A DNA stretch of 64,000 bases. It comes from Flavobacteriales bacterium. Lineage in GTDB: Bacteria > Bacteroidota > Bacteroidia > Flavobacteriales_F > PHOS-HE28. This document shows positions 7,635-16,496 of the stretch, piece by piece (position 1 is the first letter of the stretch; each line of letters opens with the position of its first letter). The stretch is from NCBI GenBank assembly GCA_020635675.1, contig JACJZJ010000002.1, positions 541,750-605,749 of the forward strand, in the 5' to 3' direction. The notes beneath the pieces were generated by a model that worked only from the letters and a program-made list of their open reading frames with translations, did not search any database and was not told where the DNA came from. The translations under genes and the position numbers were made by a program.

Positions 7635-9734
7635 ATGTCCGTCTCCGTTCCCATCGATCCCCCACACGCCTCACGAGAGGAACATGTGCATGAGGTGCAC
7701 GGAACGAAACGGGTGGACGAGTATGCCTGGTTGCGGCTTACCGAAGCGCAGCGGGAGGCTTCGGACAAGGACCCACACGCCCAACGTGTGATCGCACACC
7801 TCCGAGCGGAGAACAGCTATACGGAAGGGGTCCTGGCGCACGTGGCCAAATTGCGGGAAAGGCTGTACAAGGAGATCCGCGGTCGCATCCGCGAAACGGA
7901 CATGAGCGTTCCCTACAGGGAGAATGGCTATTGGTACAGCCATCGGTATGAAGAAGGCCAGGAGTATCCCGTTCACCAGCGAAGACGTGACACGGAAGGC
8001 AGTTCAGAAGAGGTCATTCTGGACGAGAACCTGCTTGCCAGGGGGCATGAGCACTTCGACCTCTCGGACTATGAGATATCCCCTGGGAACGGGATCGTGG
8101 CATACAGTTCGGATACCGTGGGACGACGTCGGTACGAGATCCGGTTCAGGGACCTTTCCACGGGTGTGGACCTGCCGGACGTGATCCGGCGAACATCGGG
8201 CGGCTGTGCCTGGGCCGACGACCGCACGGTGTTCTATGCGAGAAAGGACCGCACGCTGCGGGACCACAAGATCTTTCGGCACATCATTGGCACGGACCCG
8301 GGAACCGATGTCCAGGTGTTCCATGAACGGGACACCGCATTCGGCTGTGACGTGTTCCGCAGTCGATCCAACGAATATGTGATCATCACCACCGAAAGCA
8401 CCCTGACCACCGAGCATTGGATCCTTCCGGTGAAAGACCCGCTCGGGGCTTTTCAGGTGTTCCTGCCGCGAAGGGAAGGACACGAGCACAGCATCTTCCA
8501 CACCCCGGGCCGGTGGTACGTGCTCACCAATCTGCAAGCAAGGAACTTCCGCCTCATGAGTTGTGCGGAGAGCGACAGGCACAGCCCTGAGCGATGGGTG
8601 GAGGAGGTTCCGCACAGACCGGACGTGCTCCTTGAGGATGTGGACCTGTTCAAGGACCACATGGTGCTTAGTGAACGCCGAGAAGCCAATACCCACTTGC
8701 GAGTGCGGCGCAAGAGCGACGGAAAGGAGCATGAGATCACGTTCAACGACCCGACATATGTAGCCTATACGGGTACGAATCCGGAATGGGACAGCCACCT
8801 CCTGCGCTATGGGTACATGTCATTGACCACCCCCTCCAGCGTGTTGGAACACGACATGATCGCCGGAACAGAGCGTTTATTGAAACAGCAGGAGGTGGTG
8901 GGCGGGTACGACCCGGAACGATATGTCAGTGAACGCGTGTGGGCGACTGCGCCTGATGGTGTACGCGTGCCGATCTCCTTGGTGCGGAGGAAAGACGTGG
9001 CCGTGGACGGCCGCGCGCCGCTGCTTCTCTATGGATATGGGTCCTATGGCATAAGCGTTGAACCCACCTTCAGCATTGCCCGTCTGAGCCTGTTGGATCG
9101 TGGTTTCATCTACGCCATCGCCCATGTGCGTGGTGGTGAGGAGCTCGGCCGCTCTTGGTATGAGACCGGTCGAATGGAGCACAAGCAGAACACCTTCACT
9201 GATTTTATCGCCTGCGCGGAGCACCTCATTGAACGGAAGTATGCGGACCCTCGGCGTCTGTTCTGCATGGGAGGCAGCGCGGGAGGGCTGTTGGTAGGGG
9301 TGGTGGTGAACATGCGCCCGGACCTCTGGAACGCAGCCGTGGCCGAAGTGCCGTTCGTGGATGTGGTGACCACGATGTTGGATGAGAGCATCCCGCTGAC
9401 CACGGGTGAGTTCGATGAATGGGGCGACCCGAAGGATGCGGAGGTTTTCGCTCGTATGTTATCCTATTCGCCATATGACAACGTCCATGACGCGCGCTAT
9501 CCGGCCATGTTGGTTCTCACGGGATTCCATGACAGCCAGGTGCAATACTGGGAGCCCGCCAAATGGGTGGGTCGTTTGCGCGACCATCAAAAAGGCAAGG
9601 CGCCCATCCTGTTGCACGTTGACCTTGATGCGGGCCATGCGGGCGCATCCGGGCGTTTCGAGCGCTTGAAGGAGGTGGCCTTGATCTGGGCCTTTCTGCT
9701 CGACCGGGCCGGCCTGGCCCACGAGGCGGACTAA
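7635..9734 (+). CDS. ptrB: Oligopeptidase B / S9A prolyl oligopeptidase family serine protease
   Basis: Catalytic Ser motif GGSAGGLL. N-terminal HGTKRVDEYAWLR, a C-terminal DSQV block and a GHAG block. I prefer the ATG at 7635. The track start at 7596 is GTG, directly after the recO stop. Confidence 0.9.
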   Translation: MSVSVPIDPPHASREEHVHEVHGTKRVDEYAWLRLTEAQREASDKDPHAQRVIAHLRAENSYTEGVLAHVAKLRERLYKEIRGRIRETDMSVPYRENGYWYSHRYEEGQEYPVHQRRRDTEGSSEEVILDENLLARGHEHFDLSDYEISPGNGIVAYSSDTVGRRRYEIRFRDLSTGVDLPDVIRRTSGGCAWADDRTVFYARKDRTLRDHKIFRHIIGTDPGTDVQVFHERDTAFGCDVFRSRSNEYVIITTESTLTTEHWILPVKDPLGAFQVFLPRREGHEHSIFHTPGRWYVLTNLQARNFRLMSCAESDRHSPERWVEEVPHRPDVLLEDVDLFKDHMVLSERREANTHLRVRRKSDGKEHEITFNDPTYVAYTGTNPEWDSHLLRYGYMSLTTPSSVLEHDMIAGTERLLKQQEVVGGYDPERYVSERVWATAPDGVRVPISLVRRKDVAVDGRAPLLLYGYGSYGISVEPTFSIARLSLLDRGFIYAIAHVRGGEELGRSWYETGRMEHKQNTFTDFIACAEHLIERKYADPRRLFCMGGSAGGLLVGVVVNMRPDLWNAAVAEVPFVDVVTTMLDESIPLTTGEFDEWGDPKDAEVFARMLSYSPYDNVHDARYPAMLVLTGFHDSQVQYWEPAKWVGRLRDHQKGKAPILLHVDLDAGHAGASGRFERLKEVALIWAFLLDRAGLAHEAD

Positions 9735-10060
9735 CTGGCCAGACTTTCCACCAGCACGATCTCGTCAGGCGGCATCGGGATCACGGCGATAGGCTGTTCG
9801 GGATCATGCTGGAAGCGCTCATAGTCGCTCACGCTGGCGAAGAAGAGACGATGGGAGGCATTGCTGTCCACCTCCCAGATCACACCATAGACCTCCTTCC
9901 CGTTCCGCAGCTTGAAACGGCAGTGCTTGTTGTAGAAGTTCCGGATATCAGTCGGGACCATCGTCATCAACGCTCGACGAAAATTAGCGGCAACGACGCC
10001 TCCCGGCAGGGTCGAATTTTCCACATCGGGCGGACGGTTGTTCATAAAACGCGACCGCAT
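9731..10060 (-). CDS. Small hypothetical protein (start uncertain; could begin at an internal Met)
   Basis: 109-aa ORF convergent with ptrB; the two stop codons overlap (CTAA at 9731-9734). No recognised family. It fills an otherwise empty gap. Confidence 0.45.
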   Translation of the reverse strand: MRSRFMNNRPPDVENSTLPGGVVAANFRRALMTMVPTDIRNFYNKHCRFKLRNGKEVYGVIWEVDSNASHRLFFASVSDYERFQHDPEQPIAVIPMPPDEIVLVESLAS

Positions 10061-10080
10061 GACCGACTATTACTTGGACG

Positions 10081-11106
10081 TCAAGGGGATGGCGTGTTGA
10101 TGGTCCGGATCGACCAGCAGGTTGCTTCCAGATCGCGCATCGGTTCGCGCTTGTCGAACTGGGGCGAGAAGATGTATCCATCCGCGCAGATCACGCGCTG
10201 ATGCACAGTGTCCACCATGCTCAATTGCACGAACGGGCCGCCCATCTTTGCCCCGTGCATGCCCCAAAGCCCCCGCATGCGATAGGTGAACCGGCTATCG
10301 ATCGAGAGGCCATTTGCCAGGGGCATCAGGTCCATGCCCCCGAACCCGCGTTGCACGATCATATATGAACCAGCGTTGGGGCCCTCCACGTAGGTGTGGG
10401 TGATCGAATCGCGTTCATTTACCAAGTAGTCGACCGTGAAGGTGCTATCGCTCGTGTACGGAAAATGATAGAGCAGCAATCCGCGGACCACATCATGTTC
10501 CAATCCGGCCCCGCTCATGACCTGGTCCTGCTGCAACCAGGCCATATTACTATCCTGTCGCACCACATGGTAGCCCATTGGCACATCGATGGCGAAACCC
10601 AGGGCATGCTGAACACTGGCCGTGAGCGCATTATCCCGGGAACCTTCATGCAATTCGATCAAGCGGTCGCGTTCGGCATCATCGATCCGGTCCATGATGG
10701 TCCGGGCCTTCTTGTTGAAGCTTTCCATCCAAGTGGCTACCGTCGGGGCGTTGATCTGCACGATGATCTGTCCTTGCGAATGCACGTCGCGCATCACATA
10801 CACCCCGGAACTGTCGCCGACGCCGATGCGCGCGATCAGAAGGTTGCGATGGGTGAGCAGCACGCTACCGAACTGCTCGGGGGGCACCTGGGCCAGGTCG
10901 AACCGGTGTTCACGTTGCGGAAGGCGGGGCAGCCATTCACCGAGCGTTGTGCGCAAAGCGCCACCAGGGCCGCTGTTCCAATGTCCCTTGGTCATGACCA
11001 CGAGCACCTCCCCCGGCGCCCCGGTGCATTTGGGTAGCGAACGATGCTCGTCGCAACCGACAGTCAGCCCTGAGAACAGAAGGACCCCCAGCAGTGCGCG
11101 GCTCAT
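10081..11106 (-). CDS. DUF4837-like lipoprotein
   Basis: Lipobox LFSGLTVGC. GAPGEVLVVMTKGHWNSGPGGALRTTL..LPQREHRFDLAQVPPEQF..THRNLL resembles the DUF4837 family pattern. Its ATG overlaps the upstream stop (ATGA at 11103-11106). Confidence 0.7.
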   Translation of the reverse strand: MSRALLGVLLFSGLTVGCDEHRSLPKCTGAPGEVLVVMTKGHWNSGPGGALRTTLGEWLPRLPQREHRFDLAQVPPEQFGSVLLTHRNLLIARIGVGDSSGVYVMRDVHSQGQIIVQINAPTVATWMESFNKKARTIMDRIDDAERDRLIELHEGSRDNALTASVQHALGFAIDVPMGYHVVRQDSNMAWLQQDQVMSGAGLEHDVVRGLLLYHFPYTSDSTFTVDYLVNERDSITHTYVEGPNAGSYMIVQRGFGGMDLMPLANGLSIDSRFTYRMRGLWGMHGAKMGGPFVQLSMVDTVHQRVICADGYIFSPQFDKREPMRDLEATCWSIRTINTPSP

Positions 11107-12602
11107 CCCTCTTGAATGCCGACCTTGATCTTGCGTCCCGGATGCAGATGCCGGCTATTGAGACCGGTGTTCAGACGTTTGAGGTCCTCAACAGTGACCC
11201 CGGGGTACATTTTCGCGATATCCCACAGCGTGTCGCCCGGCTGCACCACGTGGTAGATGTATTCGATGCCGCTCCGCGGAACAGCTCCGTCGTTGGTCGT
11301 GCTTTTCGTCGTTGCTGGTGAAGGGGAGCTGGCTGGCCCGGGGCCGTGGGAGGCCATCGCTGCGGACCGTTCGATGCGCAATTGCTGTCCCGGTCTGATC
11401 CGGTCGCTGCGCAGGCCGTTCCATTGCTTCAATTGGGATACCGTGACATGGTTCCGTTGGGCGATCAAGCCGAGCGATTCACCATGCCGCACGGTGTGGA
11501 CGGCCACCTGTGGTGGTGCCGCTCTTTGTTCAGTGATGCGTTGTGCCGCATTCTGCTCCAGGTAGGCGTAGCGGATGCTGTCCTCATTGTTGATGAATGC
11601 CGGCACCGCATCACGCGGCAAGTAGATCGCGACGGGTTCGTCGGGGTCGGGCACGATGCCTTCACGGAACATCGGGTTGAGCTCCCTAAGCGCAGTGTCG
11701 TCGGTTCCGGTTAACGCGGCCAGTCGATCCAAGGTGAGCGGATAGCAGACCTGGATGGTGTCCAGCTCATACCGGCAATAGCTTGGTGCGATGGGGTAGA
11801 GGTTGTGGTCCGCCGCGTGTTGCATGATGTAGTTCACGGCGATGAATGCCGGCACGTACCCACGCGTTTCCCTGGGGAGGTAGGGGTAGGCCTCCCAGTA
11901 GTCCTTCTTGCCACCGGACCTTCGAATGGCCTTGTTCACATTGCCCGGGCCACAGTTGTATGCTGCGAGCGCCAGGTCCCAGTCGCCGAACACACCGAAA
12001 AGGTCCTTCAGATACCGACATGCGGCATCGGTGCTCTTGTAGATGTCGCATCGCTCGTCGACGTAACTATCGATACGCATGCCATAGAGCTTGCCGGTAC
12101 TGGTGATGAACTGCCAGAGTCCCACAGCACCGGCACGTGATCGAGCGGCTGGGTTCAGTGCGCTTTCCACCATGGCCAGGTACTTCAATTCCTGCGGAAT
12201 ACCGTATCGGTCCAAGGCATCTTCGAACACGGGAAAATAGAGTTCAGAGAGGCCCAGCATGCGGCTCGTCTGTTCCCGTTTCTTCATGGCATACAGTTCG
12301 ATGTAAGCTTGAACGGGAGCCTTGAACGTCAGGTCGAGCGGAGTGCGCTGATCGAGCGCGGCCAGGCGTTGCTCATAAACAGAGGCGGAATAGGTTGGCA
12401 CCTCGTCGGAACCGAATCCATGAACATTCAGTCGGGCCGTATCGGTGGTGAAGCGATCATGGCGCACCCAGGTCGTCAGCAGCAGGTCGTCCAATCGGCG
12501 GAGAACCGGATCGTCCGCGGAAATGACCGCAGCATCGTCGTTCTGGGCGAACGAACCCAAGGGTAGGGCCATCGCGATCAGCAAGGTCCGGAGTTGCCTC
12601 AT
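11103..12602 (-). CDS. Lytic transglycosylase (SLT domain) with two C-terminal LysM domains, MltD-like
   Basis: Signal peptide present. SLT catalytic region AMVESALNPAARSRAGAVGLWQF. Two LysM motifs: HTVRHGESLGLIAQRNHVTVSQLKQWNGL and YHVVQPGDTLWDIAKMYPGVTVEDLKRLN. Confidence 0.9.
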   Translation of the reverse strand: MRQLRTLLIAMALPLGSFAQNDDAAVISADDPVLRRLDDLLLTTWVRHDRFTTDTARLNVHGFGSDEVPTYSASVYEQRLAALDQRTPLDLTFKAPVQAYIELYAMKKREQTSRMLGLSELYFPVFEDALDRYGIPQELKYLAMVESALNPAARSRAGAVGLWQFITSTGKLYGMRIDSYVDERCDIYKSTDAACRYLKDLFGVFGDWDLALAAYNCGPGNVNKAIRRSGGKKDYWEAYPYLPRETRGYVPAFIAVNYIMQHAADHNLYPIAPSYCRYELDTIQVCYPLTLDRLAALTGTDDTALRELNPMFREGIVPDPDEPVAIYLPRDAVPAFINNEDSIRYAYLEQNAAQRITEQRAAPPQVAVHTVRHGESLGLIAQRNHVTVSQLKQWNGLRSDRIRPGQQLRIERSAAMASHGPGPASSPSPATTKSTTNDGAVPRSGIEYIYHVVQPGDTLWDIAKMYPGVTVEDLKRLNTGLNSRHLHPGRKIKVGIQEG

Positions 12603-12699
12603 GGTGTATTACGACAAAGTAAGGGTAATACGCAGCCTGGCCGATGATGTTTTGCCGTTCGTCGATCCACGATCGCCGGTTGACGAAAACGTAGGGGGG

Positions 12700-14127
12700 T
12701 CAGTTCTCAAAAATGGCGTGGGCCGCGGAGAGTAGCAAGGGCTCCTCGAAAGGGCGGGCCATGAGCTGCGCGCCGAAAGGCATACAGGCGGCGTCCTGCC
12801 CAAGTGGCATGCTGATCGCCGGGACACCAGCCAGGTTTGCCTGAACAGTGAAGATGTCCTGCAAGTACATGGCGATCGGGTCCGCGGCGAGAGCTCCCCG
12901 GTCAAAGGCGGTCCCCGGGCTGGTGGGTAACAGGATCAGGTCATGGTCCTTCAGTGTCGCCAGCGTAGCGCTCCGGATGATGCGGCGGACCTTCTGGGCC
13001 TGGGCATAGTAGGCGTCATAGTATCCGGCGCTCAGCACGAACGTCCCCAGGAGAATTCGGCGTTGGACCTCCGGTCCAAAGCCCTCCGACCGGCTCAAGC
13101 GGTAGGTGTCTTCCACGCCATTCGCCTTTTCACTGCGGTGCCCAAAGTGGATCCCGTCGAACCGTGCCAGATTGCTACTTGCCTCCGCCGTGGCGATGAT
13201 GTAATAGGTCGGCACCTGATGGTCAAGTAGAGGTAATTCGGCGTCGTTCACCAGATGCCCCTCCGCTTGCAGGCGGTCGACCAGACGCAACATCGAATCG
13301 CGCACCTCGGGCAGAACACCCTCTCGTTCAACGCACTCCCGATAGAAAGCGATCCGGAGCTTTCCGGGGCGGGGTATGGCGGCTGGAACAGAGGCCCTTT
13401 GACTCGTGGTACTGTCCTTCGCATCGTGACCGGCGATCGCATAGTAGATCGCCTGGAGGTCCGTGACGTTGTTCGCGAAAGGGCCGATCTGGTCGAAGCT
13501 GCTGGCGAATGCGATCAAGCCATACCGGCTGACACGGCCGTAGGTCGGTTTGAAGCCGATGGTGCCAGTGAATGACGCAGGCTGGCGGATGCTACCGCCC
13601 GTATCGCTGCCCAGGGCGACGTGCACGATGCCGGCCGCTACACTTGCAGCGGCGCCACCGCTGGACCCCCCAGGGACCTTGGCCCCGTCGAGCGGGTTCT
13701 TCACCGGACCGAAGGCGCTGTTCTCATTGCTACTGCCCATTGCGAACTCATCGCAGTTGGTGCGCCCGATAATGACGGCATCCGCTGCGAGCAGGCGCTC
13801 AACAACGGTGGCGCTATAAAGGCTCGTGAAGCCTTCGAGCATGTGGCTCGATGCGCTCACCTGGTGGTCCTTGTAGCAGATGTTGTCCTTGATGCTGACG
13901 AGCATGCCGGCGAGCGGACCTGCGCTGCCATTGCTCAGACGCTTGTCCACGGCGGCCGCCTGCGCCAATGCACTATCGTCGAAAAGCTCCAGAAAAGCGT
14001 TCAATTCGCGAAGTGCACCGGCTCTTTCGAAGGCGGCATGGGTCAACCCCTCAACGGTGGTCTCGCCGGAGATGAGACGCCGATGGGTCTCGTGCCAGGA
14101 GGTCGGGACCGGATCGAGGGCCGACAT
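12700..14127 (-). CDS. gatA: Glutamyl-tRNA(Gln) amidotransferase subunit A
   Basis: Amidase signature GGSSGGAAASVAAG plus the SDTGGSIRQPA block. I prefer the ATG at 14127; the track start at 14133 is TTG. Confidence 0.95.
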   Translation of the reverse strand: MSALDPVPTSWHETHRRLISGETTVEGLTHAAFERAGALRELNAFLELFDDSALAQAAAVDKRLSNGSAGPLAGMLVSIKDNICYKDHQVSASSHMLEGFTSLYSATVVERLLAADAVIIGRTNCDEFAMGSSNENSAFGPVKNPLDGAKVPGGSSGGAAASVAAGIVHVALGSDTGGSIRQPASFTGTIGFKPTYGRVSRYGLIAFASSFDQIGPFANNVTDLQAIYYAIAGHDAKDSTTSQRASVPAAIPRPGKLRIAFYRECVEREGVLPEVRDSMLRLVDRLQAEGHLVNDAELPLLDHQVPTYYIIATAEASSNLARFDGIHFGHRSEKANGVEDTYRLSRSEGFGPEVQRRILLGTFVLSAGYYDAYYAQAQKVRRIIRSATLATLKDHDLILLPTSPGTAFDRGALAADPIAMYLQDIFTVQANLAGVPAISMPLGQDAACMPFGAQLMARPFEEPLLLSAAHAIFEN

Positions 14128-14136
14128 GTGCAACGG

Positions 14137-14295
14137 TCAGTTCTTGCCGCTGTCGGCGTCGTCCTTCTGGGCGTCCTTGAACTCTTTCATGCCTTTGCCC
14201 AGCCCACGCATGAGCTCAGGGATCTTCCGTCCGCCGAAGAGCAAGAGAACGACGAGCAGGATGAGGACGATCTCGGTGACTCCGAACTTGCCCAT
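14137..14295 (-). CDS. tatA: Twin-arginine translocase subunit TatA/E
   Basis: [43 protein letters not shown] is a classic TatA sequence. ATG at 14295 verified. The 88-aa track ORF is an N-terminal over-extension. Confidence 0.85.
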   Translation of the reverse strand: MGKFGVTEIVLILLVVLLLFGGRKIPELMRGLGKGMKEFKDAQKDDADSGKN

Positions 14296-14384
14296 GTTGG
14301 AACTCCTTGGGGCCGGATGGTGCAGTGACCCCAAGGGAGCGACAAAGGTAGGGCAAGGGTTGGGCCGGCGAAGTGATGGAGCGA

Positions 14385-15692
14385 CTATTCCTGGAAGATC
14401 CACTGACCGGGGTCGATCTTCACCAGACCATCCCCGGAGATCTTCCAGATCTCGATATGGGCCGTACTGGTCCCCTCGTCGGTCATTACCACACCGATCG
14501 ACTGTTTCGTATCGACCTGCTGACCTTTTGACACCAGTACCTCGCGAAGATTGCTGTACACCGAGCGATAGGCACCATGGTCGAGCACCACCGCCTTGCC
14601 CGCCCCGGGGATCACGATCACGCTGCTGACGCGACCTCGGAAAACGGCGCGCACGGAGGCGTTCTTTTCGGTCGAGATGTCTATGCCGTTATTCTCGATG
14701 GTGATACCCTTAAGCACGGGGTGGGGTTGTTTGCCGAAGTGGCTGGTGATGACCCCCCGTTCGACCGGCCAGGGAAGCTTTCCCTTGTTCTTTTCAAAGT
14801 CGACACCCAGTTCGCGCGCTTCGGGCGTAAGCGTATAGCCACTACCGCCACCGGAGGCCTTCCTTTGGGCTGCGAGCTCCGTTTCGATCGCACGTCGGAT
14901 CGCGGCGTCCAGATCGTGCCGCTGTTTCTGTTGCTTGTTCAGTGTACCGCGTAGGCGCCCTTCCTCCTTTTCCAGTTTGGTCAGCGTGGCTCTTCGGTCA
15001 CCGCGGTCCTGCGCCATGCGATCATGCTCGGTCCGTTGGGCCTGCATGAGGACGTTCTTTTCCCCGCGCTGTTCTTTCAATCCATCGACCTTAACGCTCA
15101 GAGCGGTCTCGGTGCGCTGGATCTGGTCCGCCTGGTGGCGGCGTTGCTCGGCCAACTGGTTCAGATAGCGGCTGCGTTTGTAGGCCTGGGCGAAAGAGGA
15201 TGCGGCGAACAAATAGCTCAGCCGGTCATAGCTGCTCCGATTGCGGTAGGTGTACTGGACCATGCGCGCATAGGACTCCTTCAGCTGGACCAGATCGTTC
15301 CTCAATGACACGATAACCGCCTCGTCCCCGGTAATGCGCACATCGATCTCGCGGACCTCGGCGTTCAGGGTGTTGATGAGGTCTTGCCGGGTGCTCAATT
15401 GGCGGTCGAGCAAAACCAGTTCCTGCTGGGTCGCTTTTTGGTCCTGCCGGGCCTGATCAAGCAGGCTGTTCGTGGTGCGTATCTGCCTGTCCAGCGCATC
15501 GCGCTTATTCTCCAACGACTTGCGGTCCTGGGCAAGGAAGGTCAGCGGGAAGAAGAGCAGGAAAGCTCCGGAGAGGCGCAGGCGCCTATTCCATCGGGAC
15601 GAACTTCTCCGGGATCCGGAAGCCGAGCTGTAGAGGGCCCTCAAGGTCGATCCGGCTGAGCTTGAGGGATCCCGATGCGTGGCGTGTCCCAT
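14385..15692 (-). CDS. Coiled-coil M23 peptidase, EnvC-like murein hydrolase activator
   Basis: A long Gln/Arg/Leu-rich coiled coil is followed by a C-terminal M23 domain ([37 protein letters not shown]). Signal-like [17 protein letters not shown]. The start is uncertain: ATG at 15692 or TTG at 15644, both overlapping the upstream gene. Confidence 0.8.
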   Translation of the reverse strand: MGHATHRDPSSSAGSTLRALYSSASGSRRSSSRWNRRLRLSGAFLLFFPLTFLAQDRKSLENKRDALDRQIRTTNSLLDQARQDQKATQQELVLLDRQLSTRQDLINTLNAEVREIDVRITGDEAVIVSLRNDLVQLKESYARMVQYTYRNRSSYDRLSYLFAASSFAQAYKRSRYLNQLAEQRRHQADQIQRTETALSVKVDGLKEQRGEKNVLMQAQRTEHDRMAQDRGDRRATLTKLEKEEGRLRGTLNKQQKQRHDLDAAIRRAIETELAAQRKASGGGSGYTLTPEARELGVDFEKNKGKLPWPVERGVITSHFGKQPHPVLKGITIENNGIDISTEKNASVRAVFRGRVSSVIVIPGAGKAVVLDHGAYRSVYSNLREVLVSKGQQVDTKQSIGVVMTDEGTSTAHIEIWKISGDGLVKIDPGQWIFQE

Positions 15693-16494
15693 CGGACAAA
15701 GAAAGGGAGATGGAATGGGGATATGGCGGTCCATCATCGACCCCATGGTCCGTATAACGCACATCGGCCTGTTGATCGCGTGCCAGGTCCGTGATCGTCA
15801 CGCGCTGGGTCTTCCACGTGATCGGGTCGACCCAGTAGCGGAACACGATGGCCTCCCTTTCCTCGGCGCGGCGCAGAGTCCGTTCCAATCGCTTTTCTCC
15901 CATGTCTCGCGTGTCAGTGAGCGAATCTGGCTGGGCGATGTTCTCTGCCGCGCGAATGAATCGCCGCTTTTCCCGAGAGACGAGCACGTAAGCGCCTTCC
16001 TCCCGATCGACCCGGTACTTTTCCTCGGGATCCAGCCCTACCGGAAGCCCGAACAGTGCGGCCTGAGCGAGCTGCAGGTCCGGTGTGAGCCCGAACCGAG
16101 CTTCCGCATCCGCGGCATTTCCGGTGAAATACCTGTCGTGCAGACGATCGAGCAACTTGATGGAATCGGCTGTCACCAGTGCGCGGGCGACCTCGATCCC
16201 GAGGGCCGGCACAACGCTCACCCAAAGGGCGCTATCATGGACCGAGCGGATGTTCGCCTTGAAGGAACGTTGGCCGTCCTCCGACGAGACCCGGACCTCG
16301 GCCTTGGCCGTATAGTACCGGGTGGGTCCGGGCAGGTGGGCCAGGACCTGCTCGACCACGCGGTCCGAAGAACGGACGGGAGGGAGCTCGTGACCGATGT
16401 TGATGACCTTCTGGACCGGTCGGCAGCCGGCAAGGAGGAGCAGGGCAACGAGAAGTGTCGGCGGGAAGCAGCGAAGCGATGGGGAGGAGACCAT
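15586..16494 (-). CDS. DUF4292-like (LolB-fold) lipoprotein
   Basis: The ATG at 16494 gives MVSSPSLRCFPPTLLVALLLLAGC with a lipobox. It begins 2 nt after the upstream TPR gene stop. The TPR / DUF4292 / M23 gene order is a familiar Bacteroidota arrangement. Confidence 0.7.
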   Translation of the reverse strand: MVSSPSLRCFPPTLLVALLLLAGCRPVQKVINIGHELPPVRSSDRVVEQVLAHLPGPTRYYTAKAEVRVSSEDGQRSFKANIRSVHDSALWVSVVPALGIEVARALVTADSIKLLDRLHDRYFTGNAADAEARFGLTPDLQLAQAALFGLPVGLDPEEKYRVDREEGAYVLVSREKRRFIRAAENIAQPDSLTDTRDMGEKRLERTLRRAEEREAIVFRYWVDPITWKTQRVTITDLARDQQADVRYTDHGVDDGPPYPHSISLSLSDGTRHASGSLKLSRIDLEGPLQLGFRIPEKFVPME

Positions 16495-16496
16495 CC

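Noticed and set aside
12605-12630. Inverted repeat GTATTAC-N12-GTAATAC just upstream of the MltD-like start codon. Its loop carries a TTACTTTG box on the coding strand.
   Set aside because: The stem is only 7 bp and AT-rich with a 12-nt loop, so it is thermodynamically weak. It could be chance. I cannot support a regulatory role without conservation data.
14137-14403. The 88-aa track ORF taken as the full-length tatA. Similar N-terminal over-extensions appear at 43048..44367 (atpB), 15586..16587, 52575..53891, 48075..49643 and 37921..39042.
   Set aside because: In each case an internal, verified ATG sits right before a signal peptide or conserved N-terminus. The upstream extension is Arg/Pro/Ser-rich and overlaps the neighbouring gene or promoter region.
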